Source of the DNA: a virus
Taxonomy: Duplodnaviria; Heunggongvirae; Uroviricota; Caudoviricetes
Direction: 5' to 3' (one strand)
IMG/VR virus record: IMGVR_UViG_3300017917_002605
Location: 1-46,470 of that record
DNA: 46,470 nucleotides
Numbering within the stretch: position 1 is the first letter of the stretch; every line of letters begins with the position of its first letter. Below the pieces are notes generated by a model that was not told the DNA's origin, searched no databases, and worked only from the letters and a program-made list of their open reading frames with translations. Position numbers and translations under genes: made by a program. Positions 1 to 8,251 of the stretch are shown piece by piece.

Positions 1-99
1 ATCGTTGATGTATGTCAGAGCATTCTTAAAGAATTGAATTCTCGCACTTTCCAATTACGTGACTTTATAGCATGGGAAAGATTCATTCAAGGTGTCTGA
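1..99 (+). CDS. uvsY: UvsY recombination mediator, C-terminal fragment (5'-truncated by window)
   Basis: Frame 1 reads IVDVCQSILKELNSRTFQLRDFIAWERFIQGV*, resembling the T4-like UvsY C-terminus; lies directly upstream of uvsW as in T4-like phages. Confidence 0.75.
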   Translation: MVDVCQSILKELNSRTFQLRDFIAWERFIQGV

Positions 100-1558
100 C
101 ATTAATCTGTATAAGGTAGATGAAGCATTCATCAAAGTAGAATGTGAAAGAGGATTCGCACAAGAACTCAGCGACTTCTTCACATTCTTCGTACCTGGCT
201 TTCAATTTACTCCAGCATTTAAGAACCGTTTATGGGACGGTAAAATAAGACTGTTTGACCTACGAAACAACCTAATGTATCGTGGGTTAATCCCATACAT
301 CCAAAAATTTTGTGATGAACGTGATTACAGTTTATCAGTTGAACCATCATTACAGCTTACTAAAAACTTCTCAGTCAAAGAGGCATTAGAGTTTGCAAAC
401 ACTTTAAATTTGCCATTTGAACCAAGAGACTATCAAATTAATTCGTTTGTTCATGCAGTACGTAACAGACGATTACTGCTTCTCTCACCTACCGCATCTG
501 GTAAATCTTTCATTATCTACCTGATACTGCGTTATCTACAACACACAGGTAAGAAAAAAGGTTTGTTGATTGTTCCAACCACATCATTGGTTGAACAGAT
601 GTATTCTGATTTCAAATCTTACGGATATGATTCAGAAACACATTGTCACCGACAGTATGCAGGTAAAGAGAAGACTACCGATAAACTCTTAACAATCACC
701 ACTTGGCAATCAATCTATAATTTGCCACAAGAATACTTTGAACAATTTGATTTTGTTCTAGGTGATGAAGCGCACCAATTCAAAGCAAAGTCTTTGACAA
801 CCATTATGACTGGTCTAAGAAACGCATCGTATAGAATTGGTTGTACAGGTACTTTAGACGGAACTCAAACTCACCGTTTGGTACTTGAAGGTTTGTTTGG
901 TGCAGTCTATAAGGCAACCACAACAAAAGAACTTATCGATAGTCAACAACTTGCCGATTTTAAAATCAAATGTTTGATTCTGAAATATCCGGAAGCAACC
1001 TGCAAACTAGCCAAAGATTGGGACTACAATGCAGAGATGGACTACATAGTAGGAAACACAGCAAGAAATCAGTTCATCAAGAATCTTGCTCTGTCACTTG
1101 AAGGAAATTCTCTGATTCTGTTCCAGTTTGTTGAAAAGCATGGCAGAGAACTCTATAGAATTATTAATGATGAAAAGAAAAAACGCAAAATATTCTTTGT
1201 GTTTGGAGGGACAGACGTAGATGTTAGAGAATCCGTTCGTGCAATTACTGAGAAGGAATCTGATGCCATTATTATTGCTAGTTATGGCACTTTCTCAACT
1301 GGTATTAATATACGTAATCTACACAATGTCATCTTTGCTAGTCCAAGTAAGTCTCGCATTCGCAATTTGCAGTCAATCGGCCGTGGTTTACGAAAAGGAA
1401 ACAACAAAACAGAAGCCGTTCTATTCGACATTGCTGATGATTTCCGACAAGGCAAATTTACCAACTACACATTGAAGCATTTCATCGAACGTGTTAAAAT
1501 TTATGACGAAGAAAAATTCGAATATAAGTTTTACAATATAGAGTTGAAAAATGGATAA
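92..1558 (+). CDS. uvsW: UvsW SF2 DNA helicase
   Basis: PRDYQ Q-motif, SPTASGKS Walker A, DEAH, TGT, SIGRGLR motif VI; T4-like synteny. Confidence 0.95.
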   Translation: MSDINLYKVDEAFIKVECERGFAQELSDFFTFFVPGFQFTPAFKNRLWDGKIRLFDLRNNLMYRGLIPYIQKFCDERDYSLSVEPSLQLTKNFSVKEALEFANTLNLPFEPRDYQINSFVHAVRNRRLLLLSPTASGKSFIIYLILRYLQHTGKKKGLLIVPTTSLVEQMYSDFKSYGYDSETHCHRQYAGKEKTTDKLLTITTWQSIYNLPQEYFEQFDFVLGDEAHQFKAKSLTTIMTGLRNASYRIGCTGTLDGTQTHRLVLEGLFGAVYKATTTKELIDSQQLADFKIKCLILKYPEATCKLAKDWDYNAEMDYIVGNTARNQFIKNLALSLEGNSLILFQFVEKHGRELYRIINDEKKKRKIFFVFGGTDVDVRESVRAITEKESDAIIIASYGTFSTGINIRNLHNVIFASPSKSRIRNLQSIGRGLRKGNNKTEAVLFDIADDFRQGKFTNYTLKHFIERVKIYDEEKFEYKFYNIELKNG

Positions 1559-2018
1559 TAACGTAAAAATCGTAAGAATGCAATCAGGTGAGGATATCAT
1601 CGCTACTGTTACAGAGCATGATTCAGAGGATGCAGTTACGCTTGGTAATCCAATGGTGGTCATATTCAAACGACTACCTACAGGTAGAGCAGTTATGATG
1701 ATGGCACCTTGGTTGCCTATTGAGTTGGTAAAGTACAATGTGGCAACAATCTATACGGCAGACATACTCACCATCATTGAACCTAAAGAATCAATGATTC
1801 AATATTATGATACTGCGGTAGGCGAAGCACAAGAATTGATGGAAGATTCCGATTCTGCCGTTGAGGAAGCTTTACAATCAAAAAGAAATGATGTTGGTAG
1901 TTCCGACTTTGAGAATGCCATGACTGACGAATCTGATGAAGAATTCGATGATGAAGAAGACTTCTTTGATAGGATGGAATCGGTTGGCAAGGAATCCAAG
2001 AAGCGGTTACTACATTAA
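1551..2018 (+). CDS. Conserved T4-like hypothetical protein (Sm-like N-terminus, acidic C-terminus)
   Basis: 155-aa ORF overlapping the uvsW stop; KIVRMQSGEDIIA start typical of the small gene between uvsW and gp55. Confidence 0.7.
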   Translation: MDNNVKIVRMQSGEDIIATVTEHDSEDAVTLGNPMVVIFKRLPTGRAVMMMAPWLPIELVKYNVATIYTADILTIIEPKESMIQYYDTAVGEAQELMEDSDSAVEEALQSKRNDVGSSDFENAMTDESDEEFDDEEDFFDRMESVGKESKKRLLH

Positions 2019-2098
2019 ATCTTCAACGGTCAACACCAAGACTGTAACATGTGTCAAGCGTTAATTGAGGCAAAGGTGATATAAAAGATGTACAAAAC

Positions 2099-2127
2099 TT
2101 GACATTTCTGCCAGACACATGTATTAT
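2099..2127 (+). promoter_or_regulatory. sigma70-type promoter upstream of gp55
   Basis: TTGACA (2099-2104), 17 nt, TATTAT (2122-2127). Confidence 0.75.
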
Positions 2128-2157
2128 GAGTATATTATGTTTTATTGAAGGGATATT

Positions 2158-2766
2158 ATGGATACAACCACCGAAAAGAAACCGAGTAGGCACTATGTTA
2201 ATAATGCCGACTTCCTGAAAGCACTTGTCGATTACAAAGAGAAGTGTAAACTTGCCAAAGAACAAGGCAAGGAAGACCCACAGATACCGAATTACGTTGG
2301 TGAATGCTTTTATAAGATTGCGGACCACCTATCACGTAAACCAAACTTCATCTCTTATTCTTTCCGAGATGAGATGATTTCAGACGGCATCGAAAACTGC
2401 ATCATGTACTTCCGCAATTTCGATGAAACCAAATCCAAGAATCCGTTTGCATACTTCACCCAAATTATCTACTATGCTTTCCTTCGCCGTATTATGAAGG
2501 AAAAGAAACAGTTGTATGTCAAGTATAAGGCAACACAACAGTTCGGCATCCTTGATGAAGGTGAAATGTATGAAGATGAAAACGGTAACATGAAACAGTT
2601 TCAACTGTACGACAACATTTCCGAATTCATTCAGACGTTTGAAGAAAACAAAAAGAAGAAAAAAGCAAAGGCAAAAGGACTGGACAAGTTCATGGATGCC
2701 GAAGAAGTTACGGAAGATTTACCAGAACTGCCTGAAATTGATTTAGAGGATTTGGATAAAGAATGA
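2158..2766 (+). CDS. gp55: Late-transcription sigma factor gp55
   Basis: HYVNNADF, YSFRDEMISDGIENC and NPFAYFTQIIYYAFLRRI are hallmark gp55 motifs. Confidence 0.95.
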   Translation: MDTTTEKKPSRHYVNNADFLKALVDYKEKCKLAKEQGKEDPQIPNYVGECFYKIADHLSRKPNFISYSFRDEMISDGIENCIMYFRNFDETKSKNPFAYFTQIIYYAFLRRIMKEKKQLYVKYKATQQFGILDEGEMYEDENGNMKQFQLYDNISEFIQTFEENKKKKKAKAKGLDKFMDAEEVTEDLPELPEIDLEDLDKE

Positions 2767-3179
2767 AATTAGGATTCACTTGTTCATGTTTTGATTTGTT
2801 CCATGCCGGACACATTATGATGTTGAAAGAGGCAAAAGAACAATGTGACTATCTTTTGGTTGGTTTACAAACTGACCCAACAATAGACAGACCACAAAAG
2901 AACAAACCTGTACAATCTGTGTTTGAAAGATATGTACAATTACAAGCGTGTAAATATGTGGATGAGGTAGTCGTTTACGCTACGGAAAAAGACCTCATGG
3001 ATGTATTGCGTTCTTATCCAATTGATGTTAGAATCATTGGTGATGAATATCGAAACAAAGATTTTACAGGTAAAGAACTTGACATTGAGATTTATTATAA
3101 TCGCCGCAATCATAGTTTTAGTACAACAGAGTTGCGTCAAAGGGTTATCGAAGCCGAAAACGCAAAATTATACAAATGA
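2763..3179 (+). CDS. Glycerol-3-phosphate cytidylyltransferase-like (TagD-like HxGH nucleotidyltransferase)
   Basis: FDLFHAGH, VGLQTD, RYVQLQACKYVDEVV, FSTTELRQR. Confidence 0.85.
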   Translation: MKLGFTCSCFDLFHAGHIMMLKEAKEQCDYLLVGLQTDPTIDRPQKNKPVQSVFERYVQLQACKYVDEVVVYATEKDLMDVLRSYPIDVRIIGDEYRNKDFTGKELDIEIYYNRRNHSFSTTELRQRVIEAENAKLYK

Positions 3180-4243
3180 AGATTATTATTTTAGGTGATA
3201 CACATTTCGGTATGCGTGGAGACTCACTTGAGTTTCATTCATACTACAAGAAGTTTTATGATGATGTTTTCTTTCCTTACCTTCTAGAAAACAATATCAA
3301 GATTGTTTACCAACTAGGTGACTTGTTTGACCGCCGCAAGTTTATCAACTTCAATTCGTTGTATCTTGCTCGCCAATATTTCTTCAACAAGTTAAAAGAA
3401 CATGACATTCAATTCTACACCTTACTTGGTAACCATGACGTTGCCTACAAAAACACCCTTGAGGTTAATAGTTCTCAACTCTTGCTCAATGAGTATGACA
3501 ACATCCGCATATTTGATGAGGCAACAAAAGTCAACATTGACGGTGTTGATGTAGATATTATTCCTTGGATATGTGCAGACAACGAAGCACATATTTCCGA
3601 ATTCATAAAATCTTCAACATCTGAAATTTGTTTTGGGCATTTTGAAATTGCTGGGTTCGAAATGGACCGAGGCAATGTTTGTCACGAAGGTATTGACAAA
3701 TCAATGTTAAATCGTTATGATGTTGTATTGAGTGGACATTTTCACCACAAGTCTTCTGATGGGCAGATTACCTATGTTGGTACTCCCGGCGAAATGACTT
3801 GGGCAGATTATAATGACCCACGTGGATTCCATGTGTTTGATACTGCCACACGTGAGTTGACCTTTGTAGAAAATCCTTACAAGATGTTTTACAAACTGAC
3901 TTATGATGACGGCAATCAAGACTTCGAATACTGGAAGACCTACAATTTTGAACAGTATAAGAGTTCTTATGTTAAGGTAGTTGTTCTTAATAAACAGAAC
4001 CCATATTTGTTTGATAACGTTATTGACAACCTATACAAGGCAGTTCCCGCAGACATTTCAATCGTTGAAGATTTCACCGAGACAATCACAGAAGAAGATG
4101 AAGAATTGATTGACCAGGCAGAAGACACGATGACAATACTTGGTAAATACATTGATGGTCTTACCGTGAATGTTGAACCAGAAAAGTTAAAAACACTGAT
4201 GCGTGAATTGTATGTTGAAGCATTGAATACTGAGACTGAATGA
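3176..4243 (+). CDS. gp47: Recombination endonuclease subunit gp47 (Mre11/SbcD-like)
   Basis: GDTHFG, GDLFD, LGNHD, SGHFH metallophosphoesterase motifs; precedes gp46. Confidence 0.95.
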   Translation: MKIIILGDTHFGMRGDSLEFHSYYKKFYDDVFFPYLLENNIKIVYQLGDLFDRRKFINFNSLYLARQYFFNKLKEHDIQFYTLLGNHDVAYKNTLEVNSSQLLLNEYDNIRIFDEATKVNIDGVDVDIIPWICADNEAHISEFIKSSTSEICFGHFEIAGFEMDRGNVCHEGIDKSMLNRYDVVLSGHFHHKSSDGQITYVGTPGEMTWADYNDPRGFHVFDTATRELTFVENPYKMFYKLTYDDGNQDFEYWKTYNFEQYKSSYVKVVVLNKQNPYLFDNVIDNLYKAVPADISIVEDFTETITEEDEELIDQAEDTMTILGKYIDGLTVNVEPEKLKTLMRELYVEALNTETE

Positions 4244-5952
4244 TTATTTTTCGTAAGATTCGTTGGAAGAATTTCCTTAGCACAGGCAATTACTTCACAG
4301 AACTTGAACTTGACAAAGAATCGAATACACTGATTGTTGGTTCTAATGGTGCAGGAAAGAGCACAATGCTTGACGCATTGTGTTTTGGTCTTTTTGGCAA
4401 ACCATTTAGAAACATCAACAAACCACAGTTGTTGAATTCTATCAATGGCAAGGATGCTGTTGTTGAAATTGAATTCGACACAGGCAACAAGTCTTATAAG
4501 ATTGTTCGTGGTATCAAACCAAACAAGTTTGAAATCTATGTCAACGGCGACATGTTGAATCAAGATGCCGCAATTCGTGATTATCAAGAACACCTTGAGA
4601 AGTTTATTCTCAAACTGAACTATAAATCATTCACTCAGATTGTAATTCTTGGTTCGGCATCATTTGTTCCGTTCATGCAGCTGTCTGCTGCTGACCGTAG
4701 AGCAATCATTGAAGACTTGCTGGACATTCAAATCTTTTCCGCCATGAATACGGTGTTGAAAGATAAGCTGTCCAACAACAAAGACCTCATTACTGCAAAG
4801 AAGTATGAGATTGATTTGGCTGAACAGAAGATAGAATTACACGAAAAACATCTTGAAGAACAAAAACAAGACAACGAATCCAAGATTGTTGAATATGAGA
4901 CTGAGATTGAAAACAATCAAAGTGTTGTAGAAACTATTACTGCCGAAATCTCTACTCTAACTGAAGAAGTATCGACACTATCAGAACAGGTTTCTAGTAA
5001 AGTTGAAGTTGAAGGTAAAGTAAAACAACTTACCAAACTTGAATCGCAGATTGAAAGCAACCTGTCCAAATTCAAAAAAGATATAACCTTCTTTGAAACT
5101 AACGATAGTTGTCCAACATGCCGCCAGGCTATTGCTATGGAGTTTAAGCAATCTGAACTCACTGGCTTATCTACGAAGGTACAGAAGTGTGAGCACGGAC
5201 TAACCGAACTTGAACAGAAGTTGAATGAAGAACAGGAAAAGTTGAATCACATTTCCAGTATTCAGAAACAGATTCAGTGTAAACAAGTTGAGATTGCAAC
5301 CAAGAACACCACTATCACAGAAACAAATAAGTTGATTACTAGGTTGCAGAAAGAGATTAAACAACTCAAGGCAAAAGGTCAAAATTCTACGGACGAAGAA
5401 TCACAATTAAGTGTCTTAAAAGATACTTTAAATGAGTTAAAGCGCAATTTAAAGACACTTATAGATGACAAGACCTATCTTGAGGTTGCTTCTAATCTGT
5501 TGAAAGATACCGGCATCAAGACTAAAATCATTCGTCAGTACTTGCCAGTAATTAACAAATTAGTCAATAAACACCTTGCTACTCTTGATTTTTTCGTCAA
5601 TTTTAATCTTGATGAAGGTTTCAAAGAAACAATCAAGTCTCGCCACCGTGATGAATTCAGTTATGCATCATTCAGTGAAGGTGAGAAACAACGTATTGAC
5701 ATGGCACTGATGCTTACATGGCGTGCAGTTGCCAAACTGAAGAATTCTGCCAACACCAATCTGTTGATTCTGGATGAAGTGTTTGATAGTAGTTTGGATG
5801 CCAATGGTACAGAGTACCTAATGAACATCTTGCAGATGTTGGAGAACGTAAACCTGTTTGTTATCTCTCACAAGGGTGATATACTTGCAGATAAATTTAG
5901 AAGTGTAATTCGTTTTGAGAAAGTCAAAAACTTTTCGAGGATTGTGAAATGA
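4240..5952 (+). CDS. gp46: Recombination ATPase subunit gp46 (Rad50/SbcC-like)
   Basis: GSNGAGKS Walker A, coiled coil with CPTC zinc hook, FSEGEK signature, LILDEVFD Walker B. Confidence 0.95.
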   Translation: MIIFRKIRWKNFLSTGNYFTELELDKESNTLIVGSNGAGKSTMLDALCFGLFGKPFRNINKPQLLNSINGKDAVVEIEFDTGNKSYKIVRGIKPNKFEIYVNGDMLNQDAAIRDYQEHLEKFILKLNYKSFTQIVILGSASFVPFMQLSAADRRAIIEDLLDIQIFSAMNTVLKDKLSNNKDLITAKKYEIDLAEQKIELHEKHLEEQKQDNESKIVEYETEIENNQSVVETITAEISTLTEEVSTLSEQVSSKVEVEGKVKQLTKLESQIESNLSKFKKDITFFETNDSCPTCRQAIAMEFKQSELTGLSTKVQKCEHGLTELEQKLNEEQEKLNHISSIQKQIQCKQVEIATKNTTITETNKLITRLQKEIKQLKAKGQNSTDEESQLSVLKDTLNELKRNLKTLIDDKTYLEVASNLLKDTGIKTKIIRQYLPVINKLVNKHLATLDFFVNFNLDEGFKETIKSRHRDEFSYASFSEGEKQRIDMALMLTWRAVAKLKNSANTNLLILDEVFDSSLDANGTEYLMNILQMLENVNLFVISHKGDILADKFRSVIRFEKVKNFSRIVK

Positions 5953-6521
5953 GTGAAGTATTAACCTTTAACACCGAAACTGGTGTCGTACAACAAGAAG
6001 ATATTCGTCCTCTTACCGTACTGAATGAAAATTTTCCTGGCCTACAACAGGTTATGCCTGAATATGATGTAACATCTTTGCCTAATCCAGTTATGTCAAG
6101 ACTGGTCAAACAAATGAAAATGACCATGAAGTTATACAACGGCCTTGGTCTTTCGGCAAATCAATGTGGTGTATTACAGAGACTGTTTGTTATCGGCAAC
6201 GGCGATTTTCAAATGGTCTGTATCAACCCAAAAGTGGTAAATGTTGCGGCACAAGTTAAGGCAGACAAAGAAATGTGCTTGTCTTTCCCAGCACTTGCGC
6301 TTACAATAGAAAGACCTACAGGTATTGATGTAGAATTTTATGATGAAAATGGGCAGAAACAAGAAATGCATCTTGATGGTTTGACTGCTCGTTGTTTTTT
6401 ACATGAACTGGACCACCTGAACGGCGTTCGTATGGTTGACCATGTTAAACCACTTGCTCTCGCAATGGCACGTAAGAAACAACAAAAATTGATTAAGAAC
6501 TACGTTAGAAGAAACAAATAA
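5949..6521 (+). CDS. def: Peptide deformylase
   Basis: GLGLSANQCG, EMCLS (EGCLS variant), HELDHLNG. Confidence 0.9.
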   Translation: MSEVLTFNTETGVVQQEDIRPLTVLNENFPGLQQVMPEYDVTSLPNPVMSRLVKQMKMTMKLYNGLGLSANQCGVLQRLFVIGNGDFQMVCINPKVVNVAAQVKADKEMCLSFPALALTIERPTGIDVEFYDENGQKQEMHLDGLTARCFLHELDHLNGVRMVDHVKPLALAMARKKQQKLIKNYVRRNK

Positions 6522-7861
6522 TGGCATATTCCTTTGACCCAAAAGATGATGTAGAAGAACAGTGGAGAAAATGGTGCGATGCAAATCCACCAGATTCTTT
6601 CGTGCATGTGAATGAAGAAGAACTCCGCCAGAAAATGGTTGAGGACTTAACCTATGTCTCTCAGATGGATGTCAAAGAATATACACTGTACCAAAAGTGG
6701 TGTGAAATTCAAGACAAGTATCCTACAAAAACAGTAAATGATTTGTGGGAAGGAGAGAAGGTTGTACTTGAAGATGATGCACAGGCAGAAATGATTGCTG
6801 CCGTGAAGAACAACATTTGGATTCCAGAAAAACCAGAAGACTATCTGAACCTGAAACCTATTCTAGTATATACAGATGATTCAGGTTCAATCACTTCTAC
6901 AGGTCTTGATGGTTCGGCGGTTGAGATTGCCAAGAAACGCAGTAATCTACCAGAAGTTTGGAACACCATTCGTAACTTCATTTCAACAATGAAGAACAAC
7001 TCCAACATTGGTCGTAACTTGAATTTTTTGGTGATGGATGAAATCACTGGCAAGTACCTTGGTGTTATTTGCATTTCATCCGACTTCCTTGATTTGACTC
7101 CACGTGATAACACGATTGGTTGGCCAAGAGAATTGAAGACACAAGGCGGCATGATTAATCATACTGCCATCGGTTCAACGATTGTTCCTTTTCAACCACT
7201 AGGTTACAACTACGTTGGTGGTAAGTTGCTTGCTCTATTGTGTTTGTCTGATGAAGTACAACGCCTATGGAAGAAACAGTACGGTGATATTCTTGTTGGT
7301 GTAACGACAACATCACTATATGGCAAAACAAAAGCAGGTGGTCTTTCTCAGTATGACAATCTTGACCATTGGTTGCCTATGGGTTTCTCCAGTGGTTCAG
7401 TATCTTTTGAACCTGAAAAAGAAACACGTTATCTGATTCGTGAATGGTTGAAGACTAATCATACACGCAAATATTTTGAATGGTACGTTGCCAAGAAACC
7501 TAGTGGTCAACCACATAAACGTGACCACAAGAATCGTTCTCTAAACTTCACATATTCGAAGTTGAAGATTCCGAAAGAAATCATCAAGGCAGAACATCAT
7601 CGTGGCATTTACTTTTCACCTCTGTATGATAACACGTATGAATTCCTGCGTGGTGAAATTACCGAAGACAAGTTGATTAAATCATTCGACACATCGTATG
7701 ATGCTCTGGTTTCAATTTGGAAAGACAAGTTGGTGAAAGGTCGTATCAAACAACTGATGAAGAAGAATCAGGTATCTTACGAAACATTGTTCTATGATGA
7801 CCTAATCTATCTGACATGGGAAGAAACAAAGACGAAATATTTGCCTCAAGTTGGTAGATAA
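6521..7861 (+). CDS. DUF4338/DruA-like protein, probable Mom-related GNAT-fold transferase (paralog 1)
   Basis: IVPFQPLGYNYVGGKLLALLCLSDEV...W...YG...TTTSLYG...SQY...W..MG.SSG resembles the DUF4338 (DruA) core; fold assignment is from memory, not a search. Confidence 0.65.
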   Translation: MAYSFDPKDDVEEQWRKWCDANPPDSFVHVNEEELRQKMVEDLTYVSQMDVKEYTLYQKWCEIQDKYPTKTVNDLWEGEKVVLEDDAQAEMIAAVKNNIWIPEKPEDYLNLKPILVYTDDSGSITSTGLDGSAVEIAKKRSNLPEVWNTIRNFISTMKNNSNIGRNLNFLVMDEITGKYLGVICISSDFLDLTPRDNTIGWPRELKTQGGMINHTAIGSTIVPFQPLGYNYVGGKLLALLCLSDEVQRLWKKQYGDILVGVTTTSLYGKTKAGGLSQYDNLDHWLPMGFSSGSVSFEPEKETRYLIREWLKTNHTRKYFEWYVAKKPSGQPHKRDHKNRSLNFTYSKLKIPKEIIKAEHHRGIYFSPLYDNTYEFLRGEITEDKLIKSFDTSYDALVSIWKDKLVKGRIKQLMKKNQVSYETLFYDDLIYLTWEETKTKYLPQVGR

Positions 7862-7880
7862 AGTGGATATATAATTATAT

Positions 7881-7948
7881 GCGGTGAGTGATAGCACGAC
7901 ATTGGGTTCCCCTCAATGTTACCTGAGCAAAGCAGAGACACCGCTCCA
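7881..7948 (+). ncRNA. Non-canonical tRNA-Gly(UCC)-like RNA, 68 nt, with encoded CCA
   Basis: Acceptor GCGGTG/CACCGC + U73 + CCA; 3-bp D-like arm GTG-ATAG-CAC; 7-bp stem ACATTGG/TCAATGT with 7-nt loop GT-TCC-CC; 3-bp T-like arm CTG-AGCAAAG-CAG; TATAAT at 7870-7875; terminator just downstream. Confidence 0.75.
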
Positions 7949-7955
7949 CATACCG

Positions 7956-7989
7956 ACCGTTGTTGTAGAAATACAACAGCGGTTTTTTT
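7956..7989 (+). terminator. Intrinsic terminator after the tRNA-like RNA
   Basis: 12-bp stem ACCGTTGTTGTA/TACAACAGCGGT, GAAA loop, T-run. Confidence 0.85.
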
Positions 7990-7993
7990 ATGC

Positions 7994-8021
7994 TTGCCTT
8001 TCCTGTTGGTTGTGTTATACT
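7994..8021 (+). promoter_or_regulatory. sigma70-type promoter
   Basis: TTGCCT, 16 nt, TATACT with TGn extension. Confidence 0.6.
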
Positions 8022-8045
8022 GTCCTTTTGATTAGGAGAGCAACC

Positions 8046-8237
8046 ATGTTAAATCAGGAACTAGAACAAAAGTTTTACTTTTCCGTGTTCGATGTGTCGG
8101 ATGCTTTCCGAGAATTCGGTGTACGTGCCGTCCTTGAGGAGGTACGACAAAATCCCCTTATAAATCAACAGCTTACCGAATATATAAGGACGCTTGACAT
8201 TCCTGCGGAAACCTGTATAATGGACAGTGTTGAGTGA
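8046..8237 (+). CDS. Small hypothetical protein (63 aa)
   Basis: AGGAG SD upstream of ATG 8046; the longer 7884 start in the track runs through the ncRNA and terminator and is unlikely. Confidence 0.65.
   Translation: MLNQELEQKFYFSVFDVSDAFREFGVRAVLEEVRQNPLINQQLTEYIRTLDIPAETCIMDSVE
8194..8221 (+). promoter_or_regulatory. sigma70-type promoter for the peptidase-vWA gene
   Basis: TTGACA (8194-8199), 16 nt, TATAAT (8216-8221). Confidence 0.75.
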
Positions 8238-8251
8238 CTAAGGCAAACTAA

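Noticed and set aside
2047-2123. 9-bp inverted repeat ACATGTGTC/GACACATGT flanking the gp55 promoter, with a reverse TTGACA
   Set aside because: The arms are about 60 nt apart, no -10 box fits the reverse -35, and it could be chance; too weak to call
6521-7861. A Druantia anti-phage defence system (because of DruA similarity)
   Set aside because: No DruE-like large helicase or other dru genes nearby; the two homologs are solitary and embedded in phage core modules
7884-8237. 117-aa ORF starting at GTG 7884
   Set aside because: Its 5' part runs through the tRNA-like RNA and an intrinsic terminator; an AGGAG SD and a promoter support a start at 8046
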